This document shows, one piece after another, positions 9,921 to 22,517 of a stretch of 64,000 nt of DNA (position 1 is its first letter; each line of letters opens with the position of its first letter). This DNA is from Vitrella brassicaformis CCMP3155 (taxonomy: Eukaryota > Protista > Chromerida). The position numbers and the translations under genes were made by a program. Under the pieces are notes generated by a model that saw nothing but the letters and a program-made list of their open reading frames with translations, had not been told where the DNA came from and did not search any database. The stretch lies in NCBI GenBank assembly GCA_001179505.1, contig CDMY01000511.1, positions 1-64,000 on the forward strand, in the 5' to 3' direction.

Positions 9921-11304
9921 TTACCTTTTATCGATTTTTTTATCATATGCTATCTTTATCTTTTCAACTAGATTATTATATTTATTCATTAATTCAGTAT
10001 ATGCTGCTATAAGTTGTTTATACTTTTTTTCTAGATCTTTATCGATTTCATATATTTTTTTTCATTCATTTCACTTGGGAAACTTGCATTAACCGTAACA
10101 CTCGTCTGTGTGTCCGTCATACTTATAAACATACAGTCCCATGAGCACGCAGAGTCAGACGCTCACGGGGAGGAGGGATCGATCCCCACCCCATCAGCAC
10201 ACCCCAGTCCCGCAAACCCTCCCCTCCCTCCCCCACGCAGCCAGTAGCTAGTCGCACGCGCGAGGGCGATAGACAAGCGAGAGCGAATCCATTCAGACAC
10301 ATAACTGAACCCCCGACCCTCCACCCCTCCTTCTCCAACAGCGCATGAGCCATGTGGGCGATGAACACGTTGACATCGTGTCCTCACACACCGTCACACG
10401 TCACCACCAGAGGGCAGAAGGTCACGCGGGAGTCGCAGATGGCCGAGTGATATTTCTTCTTCTTGGCGGTCTCGTGCTGCTTCAGGATGGACTTGATTGA
10501 TCGGTTCTTGGAAGCATAAGACGGTGCGTCAACATCAGTGATGCAGATGTCGAACGACGCAGCCGCCTGCCGCTCCCACACGCCCCGAGCGACGATGTCC
10601 GCCCTGACCCCGCCCTCTCCCTCCTCTCCCTCCTTCAACACCACCTCCCGACGCACACCAGCGTCCCCCCACGCCATCCCAATCAGCTCGGCAAAAGTGT
10701 CCCGCAGCTCGTTGTGGCGACGAATCACCAGGCCGTACCGCTTGCAGCACAGCGCATGGTCGACGGTGAGGGGCTGGTTGCAGTGCTCGCAGCGTGCAGC
10801 GAGGCCAGGGGGGTGACGGCCGTATCGCATGTTGAGGGCATCTCGAAACTCCGCAGCATCAAGACCAGTGTTGTTGTCTGTCGATGGGAGGGTGGTCAGC
10901 CAGCCGGACGTCTTGTATTCGGCGCTGCGGGAGAGGACGCGATGGCGTCGGCGGTCGATGTGCGGCAGGGCGGCCTCCCTCTTGGTTTTGTGGGCGACGT
11001 CCTGGTGCTGCTTGCTCTTGGTGAGGGCGTGGCGGATGGTGGCACGATGGTCGCCAGGGTGGAAGGGGAAGGGAGCCTTGCCTTGGACGGCCTTGGAGAC
11101 CACCTTGGTGCTCGCGCGGGAAGCGGGGTAGGCGGCGGCGGCACGGTCGAGAGGGTCACGTATGCCGGTGCCGCCAAAGCGGGCAGGCAGCAGCATCAGG
11201 TCGACCTCGAACGGCGTCACAGGGCCGCCGAGGTTCTTATTTCTTGCTCGTTGTACTATTCTATTATAAAGTCGTGGATCGTCCTTTTTTCTGATTTTTA
11301 GCAT
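9921..11304 (-). pseudogene. ~70-aa coiled-coil viral ORF split by the non-LTR insertion (11304-11234 plus 10061-9921)
   Basis: Right flank reads MLKIRKKDDPRLYNRIVQRARNK; left flank is open for 46 codons, KKIYEIDKDLEKKYKQLIAAYTELMNKYNNLVEKIKIAYDKKIDKR*; both are AT-rich and abut the GC-rich insert. Confidence 0.5.
10063..11233 (-). mobile_element. 5'-truncated CRE-like non-LTR retrotransposon (RT thumb, CCHC knuckle, restriction-like endonuclease)
   Basis: LPARFGGTGI, CEHC...DHALCC, RRHNELRD, VRADI...W.....FD, KKKKY, FCPLVVTCDGV, RSRLSIALARA...LRG; in-frame TGA at 10384-10386 and a later frameshift; GC-rich; ends at an A8 run (10055-10062). Confidence 0.88.
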
Positions 11305-12328
11305 TATATATATGGATTTTAAAATTCTTTATAATCAGTTTATAATAAGAACATATACCAATAATTAATGGATGATATGCTAAAAACTACAATTAATACA
11401 CCTGATGATACAATTGATGATATGCTAAAAATACTATTTAATGATAATGATAAGACAGAAAGTAAGTACCATAATTGGATATAGTGTTCAGTCGGACAAA
11501 TAATAATAATTGGCATTATTAGATGGTTCTGTAGTAGATATTAGTAGTTTAGGTATTTATCAAGGTTAAAGTTTGATTAATATATTACTCAAATGTTCAT
11601 ATACTTTTTCAAGCATAACAAATATTTTGTCTGGTCGTTCATTTTTATTCATCGCTTTTGTTATTTCTATAAGATTTTTCACCTCATCAATTAAATCAAC
11701 TTTAACTCAACTCATTACTTTTTCCAAGATTTTTTTGTTTCTCTAAATTCTCTAATTTCAACAAAATCAATTAACGAAAATCAACGAGAAACACCATGGA
11801 GGTATATTTGGAGAATTCACCAATTTTGGCGTTATTCTGATAATTTTTTATTATGACATCTGAAGAACTCATTAAACAGCCACGCACAAGTCTTCAAACC
11901 TAGACCAGACCACATCAACTAATGATGAGACATTATTGATTAAGTTGGGGCCATCATGAGACTGTTCATGGGTGCCTTACATATATGATGCACCAATCAT
12001 AATGCTTCAGCCTTACAAGATGATACTCGAGCTTAGCAGGATGTTTTTTATGTGATGAGGTCATAAGCAGAGTCTATAATAATAGCACCCTAGTGAATGA
12101 GCAGCAATCATTAGAACATTCCTATTTTATACTACTCGCGGCTTCATACATATTGTCTGATTGACGTGGTAATACGTGTATATGATGTTAATCTTTGAAT
12201 CCATCCATGTATCCACATATGTTCCCTCAGACTTGTTTTCTGGGAGCAAGCAATATATATGTTATTCCTTATATGTCACTTAAACAACCGACAAACATAT
12301 TTGAGTAACTAAAGTATAACGTATGCTG

Positions 12329-15300
12329 TTAAAGAGAAAAGACATCCTGGACTATACCGATAGAATCAATATTTAGACCTGCGAACCCTAGTATGCCTCT
12401 TGTCAATTCGTGTGTATCTGTGATGGCCTGCAGCTGGATCGTCAGCTCGTAGAAGGAATGGGCGCCGCTGAAGGTGAAGTCGAACCAGTGAGGCATCAGC
12501 CACACAATCCAGTCACAGAAGCCAATACGTAGGATGGCCACGAGCAGTAGAGACAAGAGCAAATACTGTAAAATCGGCTGTAGTATGAATGTGTTTAGAA
12601 ACTCCACTGGATAAGGGAAGCGGAATTGGCATATGCAATGAGACAGAAATATATCCGGCCAGTTGTCATTGCTCATCATTACTGTCCCTTACCTGATGCT
12701 ACCATGACGAAGTCTTGATAGATTAGGTGCGACGGGCGTGAGTCGAACTTCTCAAGCCGCTCCGAGAAAGCGAAGAGCAGTAAAAAGGCATCACATGCGA
12801 ACCAGTAGAGCAGCGCAATGATGATGCCAATATACTCCTTCCAACGCCATACTCGCAGCACGGCCATCTTTCTAGTCAATGGGAAATGCCCTGACAGACA
12901 GCGATACCAGTGAGTATCATCATCCTCATGTCATTCTTGTCTGTGGCATATATAGCGCTTTACCTGAGTGTCTTCCAGTGATCTCGGCGATTCGACGTTT
13001 GCCTTGGTTGAAGCCAATGTTGTTTGTACGCTTCGACAGCTGAGAGCTACGGCCTACGGGCACCTCGTAGTCAACTAAACAGACAGAGCCACAAAAATGG
13101 GTAGATGTCACCTTCCGACACACCCATCTTTCTCTTGTGCTCACTTCTTCGTGTAGGCAACGGTCTAATATGAGGAACTGATTTGCGGAAGAGTATGAGC
13201 AGAAGAATTAGAATGGGCTTGGCCAGGATGATCGACCAGATCAACACGGCGATCTGGCGTAGTGTCAGATTCCACGCGATGTCTTCTGTCTGGAATGACA
13301 GCAGCACGCTGTCAGTGCCCGATCCAGACATGCGCTGCCGATCGAAAAACATGGCACAAATGGTCAAAATTCCCAGGCTGATCGAGCCGAAGAACAGAGT
13401 TCGCTGCACAGCTGTGTACCTGCATGACAGACGCAATACACAACAGATGAGCTAGGAGATGCATCCATCCATGTCTCGTCCCTTGCATGTCGGTGTTACT
13501 TACCTTGGGTTTAGAACGAATAGCTTGAGGAGGGGGTGATCACGTCGAACGACCTTGCGAAACATTTTTGTGGGTCCCCATTCTATGTACTCCACACGAT
13601 GGAGAATGCGCGTCACTATCAAGTCGACCTCCTTGTTCAAATCGCCCCACAGCTCTGTCACACTCTTGCGACGGGGTGCTGCTGTCTCTCCTATGATCGT
13701 TGTCGCCCCCTTGCCGTAAGAGGGCTCCCTTACTATGTCATCGACCGTAAGCTTCACCTCTTTCGGTCCGTGGTCCATAAAGTCTTCGACAGCAACGGTC
13801 TGTCCCTTCTTCAGCTTTGGCGACAGGTCCTCATCGTTCTCATCATCTTGGTCAATTGTGTTGGTTGGCGAGTATTGGGGATCGACGAAGGTGGCGATTC
13901 GACTGGTGAGGCTCACGGGTGATTCGGGTGAGTCGGTATCCTCCTGCTGGAGTTCTGGGATCGACTCGAATGCCGGGATCATATGCTTGCACTTGCGGTA
14001 GTCTTGGACCTCCTCTTGGGGCATCTCTTCGATCGTCTCTTGCTTCCGAGGGCGACCAAAGACTGTCGCCATAGGTGTGTCCTCGACCTCTGGCGCCTCG
14101 TCTTCCTCCTTTGATTGACATCGTCCTTTGCACTCCAAGATGGCTCTCCAGTGTCTTTGGATGATAGTCGCTGCTGCCTGTTGTCGCTGCAGCTCTAAGA
14201 GGAGGCGCTTTCGAAGGGCATCCTTTAAAACACCACTCCTGTTGACACATGTGTTAATCAATGGTATGAGGCAATAATACATACAGTGATTGACAGACGA
14301 GCCAGCCGATCGCATCAGTCACTCACTTGATCAAAGTGACTCCCATCTGGCTTTTCTTCTCTTCCCGAAAGACATGTTGGAAGATCTGCATGCTCCTGGC
14401 GTCCATTCGAGCGGCGACTGATGGGGTAAACAGCTGTCTTGTGTCACTTCGTGGTACTGATGCAACCTCTTCGTCTTCCGATTTGCACTCTTCACCAAGC
14501 GAATCCATTCGTTTGCTCACTCGCCTGCGCGCTGGTGACGATCCACCGCTCGGCTCAGAACCCTCTTCTCCCAGCGATGTGCCGGACATGACGGACCAGT
14601 TGGGATCGTTCACCGGAAGGGGGCCCGACCCTTCACTCAAGCCTGTCTGCCTCTTCGTCTTTGTGGCTTCAAAGCGGTCGCCCGTGCCGACCTTCTTTTG
14701 GTGCGTCGTGAAAGCGTGTCGGATGACCTCAGTCAATGATGGTATAGGCGCGCAGACCTTGCTTCGAAGGCTCTTGCGGTCCATTTGAGTTGTGTCTGCT
14801 TGATAGTCTGAAGGAGCATCAAGACCAGACCTGAAAGAGCGAAGAGCATTCCAAGAGAGTCATTTATTTGCACATTCCATACGGTGCCTGCTTGTCCCTC
14901 TTTGTTTGTTTCTTCTCACCATGCTTTCTTCTCCGTGGTCTGCGGCACATTGCAGATCACAGGAGCCTTTGCCCCGTGGATGGCCGGGAAGCTATCACGG
15001 CGAGCATGCTCCTGCTGCAACAGCTCCTGGCGGACCGATCTGAGTGTCCTGAGTTCTTGCAAGTGCAGGGTGGGTTCTCTCCTGCACACAGGTAGGCGAC
15101 ACCCTCACTCACTGTAATTAATATTTGAGTGAGTGCATAACCATCTATTTACTAACTATACCGACTTGCGGCACTGCAGATAACAGCCACCGAAGATGCG
15201 ACACAGAACGAAGTCGCACCACCAGGGGTGATAGGTACGACCGGCGCACTGACTCATGCTCTTCTGCAAACGGGTACGCTGGAATCGATCAAGGGGACAG

Positions 15301-18300
15301 ACAGGAGGACAAGATAGAGGGGATGGAAGGGGTGCATTCTTTTTGATGCATGGATGGATGGATGGATGGATGTGTGTGAATGGTAGGCAGCGGGGGTGTC
15401 TTACTGCTGTGTGTCGTCTATCGAGTAGTGGGTCGGTCATCCAGATGTCCAAGAGGATTTGATCCGTAATGCTGCGCACACAAACAGGCAAGTGAAGTGA
15501 TTGAGGCATGGCAAACATCAGTGCCGGTTGACGGTTTCCATTAGCGTGTTTCATATGCGTGCGTACGGGTTTCGGCAGTCGAAGTAGATGGAGAGAGCGA
15601 GGCAGACGAGGTGGATGGCGATCATGATGGCCACGAAGAGCCCCGCGATATTCTGCGTCCATGCGGTGATGTCGGCCATCTTCTTAACCGAATCGCCAGC
15701 ATCCTGGAGTACGTCCTCGATGTTGCTCTCGAGAATTACACTCCTACCACATACACGGATGATGGACATGCAGATGCATTGTCTCTCTCTCTCGCTCTGT
15801 CTGTGTGTGTATGTGTGTGTGTGTTGCCTGAATAGGGTTCCGAAAGAGGTCAGGTGCACACACTCGCAGCACAACGTGGTGGCATTAGACAGCTCCTCAT
15901 TTACACGACAACCTGTGAACGATAGTCACGGTAACCTCAATCGCTCGTGTCTCTCTCTCTTTTTTCCTCTCACCTTGCGTGTCCCATTGGTTTCTCGTGT
16001 CGTTCCAAAACCCACACGTCAGCTCGACAGCGACAGTCCGGTTGCCCTCGGCCGACTGCAACGCCCTCAGCTGACCGGCAGGCAGGCGAGGCAGATACAT
16101 GCGGAAGGGCTCGCCACTCGGTGACGCCCTCAGCTGCAAATTGCTGCCACACTGGCGGCCCTGAAAGCACAGCATGCAGACAAAAGACATGCAGACGAGA
16201 AAGAGGCGCATGGTTGTGTCTCGCTTACCGCGACGGTAAATGTGCCCTCCTGAGCACTGCGTGTGAGTGTATTGTTGACCGTCACGTTGGTCGGGCCTTG
16301 GCCTTCGTCAGCGTAGGAAAAAGGGTCCTCTGACCACCACACTAGCTGCACGCTCTCGGCGCTCTGGCCGCCGCAGTTGCTCGACGAGTCGAACGACGGG
16401 GGAAAGCTGGCTCCCACACTCTGCTGTGCAGTCTCCATTTTAAGCATGGCTTCGTCCTGAGTTTGATTCCTCGTCGCCACCTTCATGCTGGTCCCCCCTC
16501 CAGCACTCGACAGCTCAAGGCTCCCCTGCACGATGCGAGACACCAGACTGTCTCCCAACTGGGCTGTCGTGATCCAAATATCCACTGCAAGATCGTCATA
16601 CGCCGTTTTGCCGTCAGTCAGCTGTCGACTCGACGCTTTGGTTGACTTGGCTGTGCGGTTGAGCTGTCTGAACAACGCTGCTGCTGCATCAAGATAGTTC
16701 TCGACACCACTGAGGGCTTTCACCGTCCCCGTAGGTGTGACGTTGTCTGTCTGTGCGATGGCGCTCTTCGTGACTGTCATGAGTGAGCTGAAGGTCGAAA
16801 CGGCTGAAACTGTATCGTCCAGCTGGTCACTCTCTGCTTCATCAGCTGCCTCAAGTGTTGTTGATAGCGTCACTGCCGACAAGAGCGCCTCAGAGGGACT
16901 GTTCGACACACCGGCGAAATTGGTTAGCCGCTCAGTGGCTACCTGATAAAGCACATAGAAGGCTGTTCTCTCTCTGCCAGTGATGAGCAGGCAGCTTTGT
17001 GGGCTGTCTTGCCGTTTTGAGGTCCTTCAATAGTGCCCTCATAATGACCCTCTTCTGCGCCTTTAGGTCGCCCTCGGTGACGTTCGGTAGTTTCCCGTCT
17101 ATCTGCTTGCTCTTGAGTGCGCTGGCCACCTTAATGGCCCGCACCAGCCGCTCGCCAAACGCTTCCACAGAGTCGATAGGCGGGAGAACCGGGCCACCTG
17201 GCTGGTCTCCTTTCAGCAGCTCGTCGATGGCGTTACATACCTCTGTCTCATTCAGGGCGTCCAGATCCTAATAGAGCACAAAATAAGGCAAAGGAAGGAT
17301 TCAAGTAAGTCGAGTGGACAGTCACTGATGGACGTTCGCTCGCCTTGAGCTTGTCCAGGTCATCTGTGATGTCATCCATGAAAAAGGGAGGGGCGCCTGT
17401 TGGTTCCTCTGGCGACACTGTTGGGGCTGCAGGGTCGGCCGGGGATACAGTGCAGTGGTGGGAGGAGAAGTGGCAAAAGAGGTCGTCGGGGAGATATGTG
17501 TGTAAAGCGAGAAGGAAGATATGTGTGTAAAGCAAGAAGGAAGGAAGGAAGGAAGGAAGAACAACAAGGACGTACATGTGGCAGAATCTCGATGCTGTCC
17601 GTGATCCTTTCAGTTAGTACGCACCTCCAGTCGTCGCTACGCAGGGTGAGCCTGGTATGGGGCAAGTCCAGCCTGTCTCTGTTTGGCAGGCATCATTGCA
17701 CCCGTCTCCTGCAGAACGAACGAAAGCGGATACTTTGTTTGTCAGGAACGATGCAAGCACACACATGAGCACCGTTGATGAGATTGCCGTCATCGCACTG
17801 CTCAGAGCCCTTCAGAAGACCGTCAGCACACACCGCTGAGACACAAGTAGGCAGGCATGATGCAGCCGACTGACCACTCTTTTCTTCTCTTCCGTGTCGC
17901 TGCATATTGATTGGTGTGCGTGCTTACGATCGCAGAGCAATCCTGGTGTCGGACAAGACCAGCCTGACTCTATAATACAGCCATCAGTGCAGCCATCACC
18001 TGCATGCATGTATAATGAAATGCAACACATCGATTGCGGCATACATCGCTCGCAGCAATGTCATGTCTTGTCTCGTGTTGTTTCTACATACCGGTGTTTA
18101 GGTTGCCATCGTCGCACTGTTCGCTGCCCTTCCAAAGACCATCACCACACACCGCTGAGCACGTCAAGGAACCAAATGTTTATGCGGTAGCAGCTGAGTC
18201 AGGTCAGCGAAAGCAAGCTTACATGCGCAGGGGGATCCTTGTGTCGAACACGTCCATCCTGTCTCTATGCTACAAGAATCACTGCACCCGTCACCTGCAT

Positions 18301-21251
18301 CCATGCATGCACACCATAGTCAGCTGCACGAGAGATGCACGTACCGCTGAAGAGATTGCCGTCATCACATTGCTCGCTGCCCTTTACAAGACCGTCTCCA
18401 CAAATCGCTGCATGCATGATGGACAAACGACTAATTTGCACATTTCCGTGTCTCTACTCATACATCCTTACGTGTGCATGGCGATCCTGGCGTCATGCAT
18501 TGCCATCCTGTCTCCTCATAGCATGTCTCACTGCAGCCATCGCCCCCATCAGTGTTGCCATCGTCACACGTCTCCCCTCCAGCCACAAGACCATCACCAC
18601 ACATTTGAATCGGTGTCACCACTGTATGCAGACAAACACGCAAGCGCAGTCAGGATGCAAGCCGCAGATGCCTGCATGTGCGCGTGCCTCCAAGCGTATA
18701 CATACATACATACATACATAATACCGATGCAATCCGTGAGGCATTCGCAGTCGCGGACAGCCGAGTCGTAAGCCGGATCAGCCGTTGGCACCCATTCAGA
18801 TACTTGGGCTATGTCGCTTCCCCACTTCAAAGTGCAGAGACCGGCACCTTCGTGGAAGGAGAATGCCGCACATGTGGGTACATTGCGGCACTCAGTCGAA
18901 CAGGAATCGAACGTGTGGTTGTCGACTTCAAACCAGCCCTTCAGGTTGCCTCCGACGAGTGCCGTGCCATTCATTCGCTCCATCAGGTCACAGGCTGCAC
19001 GCATGCATTACGACAAACAAACAAACAAACAGGCGAGCCATATATGTGTCTGGGCGTGTGTAATACGAGGCGTGGCGTGTGTATGTTCGTCACATGTACT
19101 CACCAGGCTTGAGCACGAAAGTGATATTACCAGAAGAATTGACACCGTTGTCCGAAAAGTCGCCGATATCATTCGAAGGGCTCAAACTAACTACAACCTC
19201 GCCTATCGTAAACCCCGCGGGAGCCTCCTCTAGCCGCACTTCCACCACGAAATTATCGTTCCACGCCGGCCATGTTACCGGCCTGTCACTTTCAATCGGT
19301 AGGTTCAGAATGACACTTGCAACCGAGCAGTTAGCGCAGGCGATTTCCAAGTCGCTGGACACGAGCCTCTTCACGGGTTCGGACAAATGAATGTGTGCGG
19401 ACATGCGGATTTGGACAAGGCTGTCGTAGTATAGGTTGATGGTTCCGCCTGCGACGGGATCTCCTGTGTCGTTGACCTTGTGAACGAAGGAGAGAGCGAG
19501 AGGAGTCGAGTCTGAGGTGAAGCACATGAATCACATGACAGCCAATCAATCAATCCACTCCTCTCCTTGATGTGTGCATGGCATTGACATATTTACTTAC
19601 TTACCGGTCTTAATAGCACATGTCCGCGTGCTTCTGACCTTGTTCGCACTGGACGGCCCTGAAAGGTCCGCATCGTCGTATAGGCGGCATGAAGATGGCC
19701 GAGTGCCGACGGCGTCAAAGACGAATACCTCGCAATTGGGCTCCTCTCGGCAGAGCCGGCCGCACTTCCACCAGTCGTGAGCCATTAGATTGGAGATCTC
19801 CCCCACGTCCTTCCCCTGAGACCACGCCATGTCACAACCTGCAAATACATACGTATACAAATACATATATGTAGGTATACGCACATCTGTACGTACATAC
19901 AACAGTTTTTGCCATGCATGCACACTGACTGACTGACTAGTGTAGACACTGAGCTCGTTGGAAGGCGTGTTCTGCTGCTCGTCTGATGTTCGTCTAAAGG
20001 CCATGTCATTGACTTGTACCGTGACCCTTCCAGGCTGCACCGCCCATATTCTCTCCACAATCACATTGTCATCTGTCTGGTTGATCCATTTGATGGCGCC
20101 GCCGACACCCCCAACCGTCTGCCAATCTGACAGGTCGTTGAATGAGGTGTCAAATGTCAGGTTGCTGATGGCATCGGAGAATGTGAGGGTCACGTTGAAG
20201 GAAGTCGATCCGGGGCCGGGAAAGGCCGTCTGCGTGGTGATCATCACTGTGGGAGGGTCAACTGATTTGAGAATGCATGAGAGAGACATGCACTAGCAAA
20301 GACAAGCCTCGGCTTTCTCTCCCTTGTAGCGCTCACCGCAGCCTTCGTAGGCTTTCTTTTCGCACTGAAGGCAGGCAAGCATGAGACAGATAAGCAAGAA
20401 GAACATGAGTGGAAGGGCCATTGATTGATTGCATCGCCTTTCTTACCAGAGCTCTGCTGTCATCCTGAGTGTCCTGGTATGTCTGAATGACCAGATCCCT
20501 ATTAATAGTTTCACATGGGTCATGCAGAAGACAAGCCGCATGTGAGCATCTGCTTCCGATTTCTCTATGCCTTACTTACCATGGTTCTTCGTATTCATTG
20601 CCTTTGGCGAGAATCAGCCCTCTGTCATATAGGCTGTACTGCCATGGCTCGCCAAAGTCCCACGCCATATCCCACAGGCCTCTCGTAGTCCCCTCCCACT
20701 CCCAGCCGCCGCCAGGCGACCAGTTGTCGCGGAAGGCAGATGTCCCTCCCAGGTCAGGCATCCGATCTGGCTCTTCGTTTGGGTGGCTGCCGGTCTAGAG
20801 GAAGAGAAAAGCACAGAAATGACCAAAGACACATGCACAAGGCTGTTTTTTTTTTGGTATGTGTACGCGCTTCAATCTGGCCCAATATCGTTTGTTGTGG
20901 TCATTCTCACTTCGCAGCCAGCCTGCAATCCACTTTGCCTCGTACGCATCGTCTACCACCACCTGCACATACAGCACACACAAGGCAGGATGAGTGAACG
21001 AATGTATCCTCCTTGCCTTTCCATCTGTCTGAACTCACCAAGTCGCCCGGCCGAGTGTTTGTTAACTCGCAAGCAAGCTTCAATTCATTCCATTTCTTCT
21101 CGATTGAATTGTCCGTATAGTAGTAGCTACATGACCGAGGACGCTGGGCCCAGGAGAGTGGCCAAGACGGTTGACCGTACTCGTCATCGCCTCCGCAGCA
21201 AAGGGGGACGAACAGGCCGATGAGAAGGAGCGCTATCAGCCACTGAAGCAT
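12329..21251 (-). CDS. large multi-exon polycystin-1-like / GPS (GAIN) surface receptor: signal peptide, PAN/apple domains, Ig-like folds, Cys-rich CGDG...CDDGN repeats, GAIN-GPS, TM, IQ motif, further TM helices
   Basis: MLQWLIALLLIGLFVPLCCG signal (ATG 21251); apple-type CGRLCREEPNCEVFVF...CRLY (~19700-19790) and CSTECRNVPTCAAFSF...CTLK (~18810-18910); CGDGLVAGGETCDDGN and CADGLLKGSEQCDDGN; GPS CGFWNDTRNQWDTQG / CECVHLTSFG (~15860-16040); IIQRHWRA; YTAVQRT...AMF typical of polycystin-like TM blocks. That it is a single gene is inferred from strand and domain order. Confidence 0.75.
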
Positions 21252-22225
21252 GCGAGGTGACAGTCGGGAGAGAGGCGTTAACGCATAGCTCGACGGCAAG
21301 AGGAGTCCAACAGTGTCTGTCAAAAAAGGACAGTGGTCAGAAGGTGACAGTGGTCAGGAGGTGACAGTCGGGGAGGTGGTATGATGATTCCCACGAGCTT
21401 CTCCTTTCTTTCGCTTCTACGTTGTTTCAGCGTTGAGCCGCCTTAGGCATTGCTTTACCGCGTCAGTTGATGCTGATGCATATATTTCTGTCCCCCGTCG
21501 TAGCGGCTAGGGGTCAACGCGGGAAACTAACCGGGCCCAGTGGTATCAACACCAGTTGATTGATTCACTCTTTCAGCATCGGATAGAGGAGTGATGCCGC
21601 ATCTAGATCCAGAAAAAACTGAATGCGAAGCGCGGCCTGGAATGCCTAATGTCAGAATGGCAAGAACGAACCATATGCGAGCTAGGCTTGCGAGTTAGGG
21701 TAGACTGTGTGTTTCCGCAAGCGCAAGCTAGAAGGGATGCATTCGCGAGGGAAGTTCATGTATGATGTCAGTGCAGACGATCTTTTCAGCCATTACCGAA
21801 AGAAGATCTGTATTGACCACCCCTCATGATGCCACATATGGATAGCAACGACTATTGACTGACTGGCCAGTCTATCAGCCTCACTGAAGTGAGAGCTCTC
21901 TGGCTCTGAGACTTACCGCTCAGCAGATTCTCTATCAGCTGACTATAAAAGAGGTCCTCACCGGCCTTTTCGCATACCTAAGGCTGCGTTTGTTGCAGAC
22001 TAAATATTTTGACTTCGAATTTTAATAACTAAACCCTTCACGCCTTCCTCGATATCTTATTGAGCTCTTCTAAGTCTACAGCACTATATCCCGACAGAAT
22101 AAGTCTGCGGTCCGATTTTAGATTTGTCATGTTTGGGATGAGATAAGAGCTCATGGATGAAGATGTAATTTTTCCCCTCCCTTTCATTTCACCCTTTCCT
22201 TTCCATACTCGTCTCCTTCATTTCT

Positions 22226-22517
22226 CGTTTCCGTTCATTATTTTTCATCCCTCATTTCCAACCTTTGACTGCTTGTCTCTTATTTGTAGTCTTTCTCTTT
22301 CCATCTCTCATTTCGGATCTGCTATTACTTATCTCTTATTTCCACTCCTTGAGTTCTCTCCTCTGCTTTCCCGTTTCCGTTCATTATTTTTCATCCCTCA
22401 TTTCCAACCTTTGACTGCTTGTCTCTTATTTGTAGTCTTTCTCTTTCCATCTCTCATTTCGGATCTGCTATTACTTATCTCTTATTTCCACTCCTTGAGT
22501 TCTCTCCTCTGCTTTCC
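22226..22517. repeat. perfect 146-bp x2 tandem duplication inside a pyrimidine-rich degenerate repeat (22160-22580)
   Basis: 22226-22371 is identical to 22372-22517 by eye; recurring ctc(t)(t)atttcca-like subunits. Confidence 0.9.

Larger units (their letters stand above)
5690..11790. mobile_element. decayed AT-rich Polinton/Maverick-like (or Polinton-like virus) endogenous element; boundaries approximate, no TIRs or capsid genes seen
   Basis: Abrupt switch to very AT-rich, intronless, tightly packed ORFs; protein-primed PolB motifs; Polinton-type integrase tail FDKGYLPNWS. Confidence 0.8.

Noticed and set aside
5600-12200. Polinton terminal inverted repeats (AGTAGT/ACTACT; an actact occurs at 12131)
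   Set aside because: No matching left terminus or extended inverted repeat could be found by eye.
21330-21380. Short gacagtggtcag(a/g)aggt repeats as a CRISPR-like or regulatory array
   Set aside because: Only 3-4 degenerate adjacent units with no spacers, in a eukaryotic context; treated as a minisatellite.
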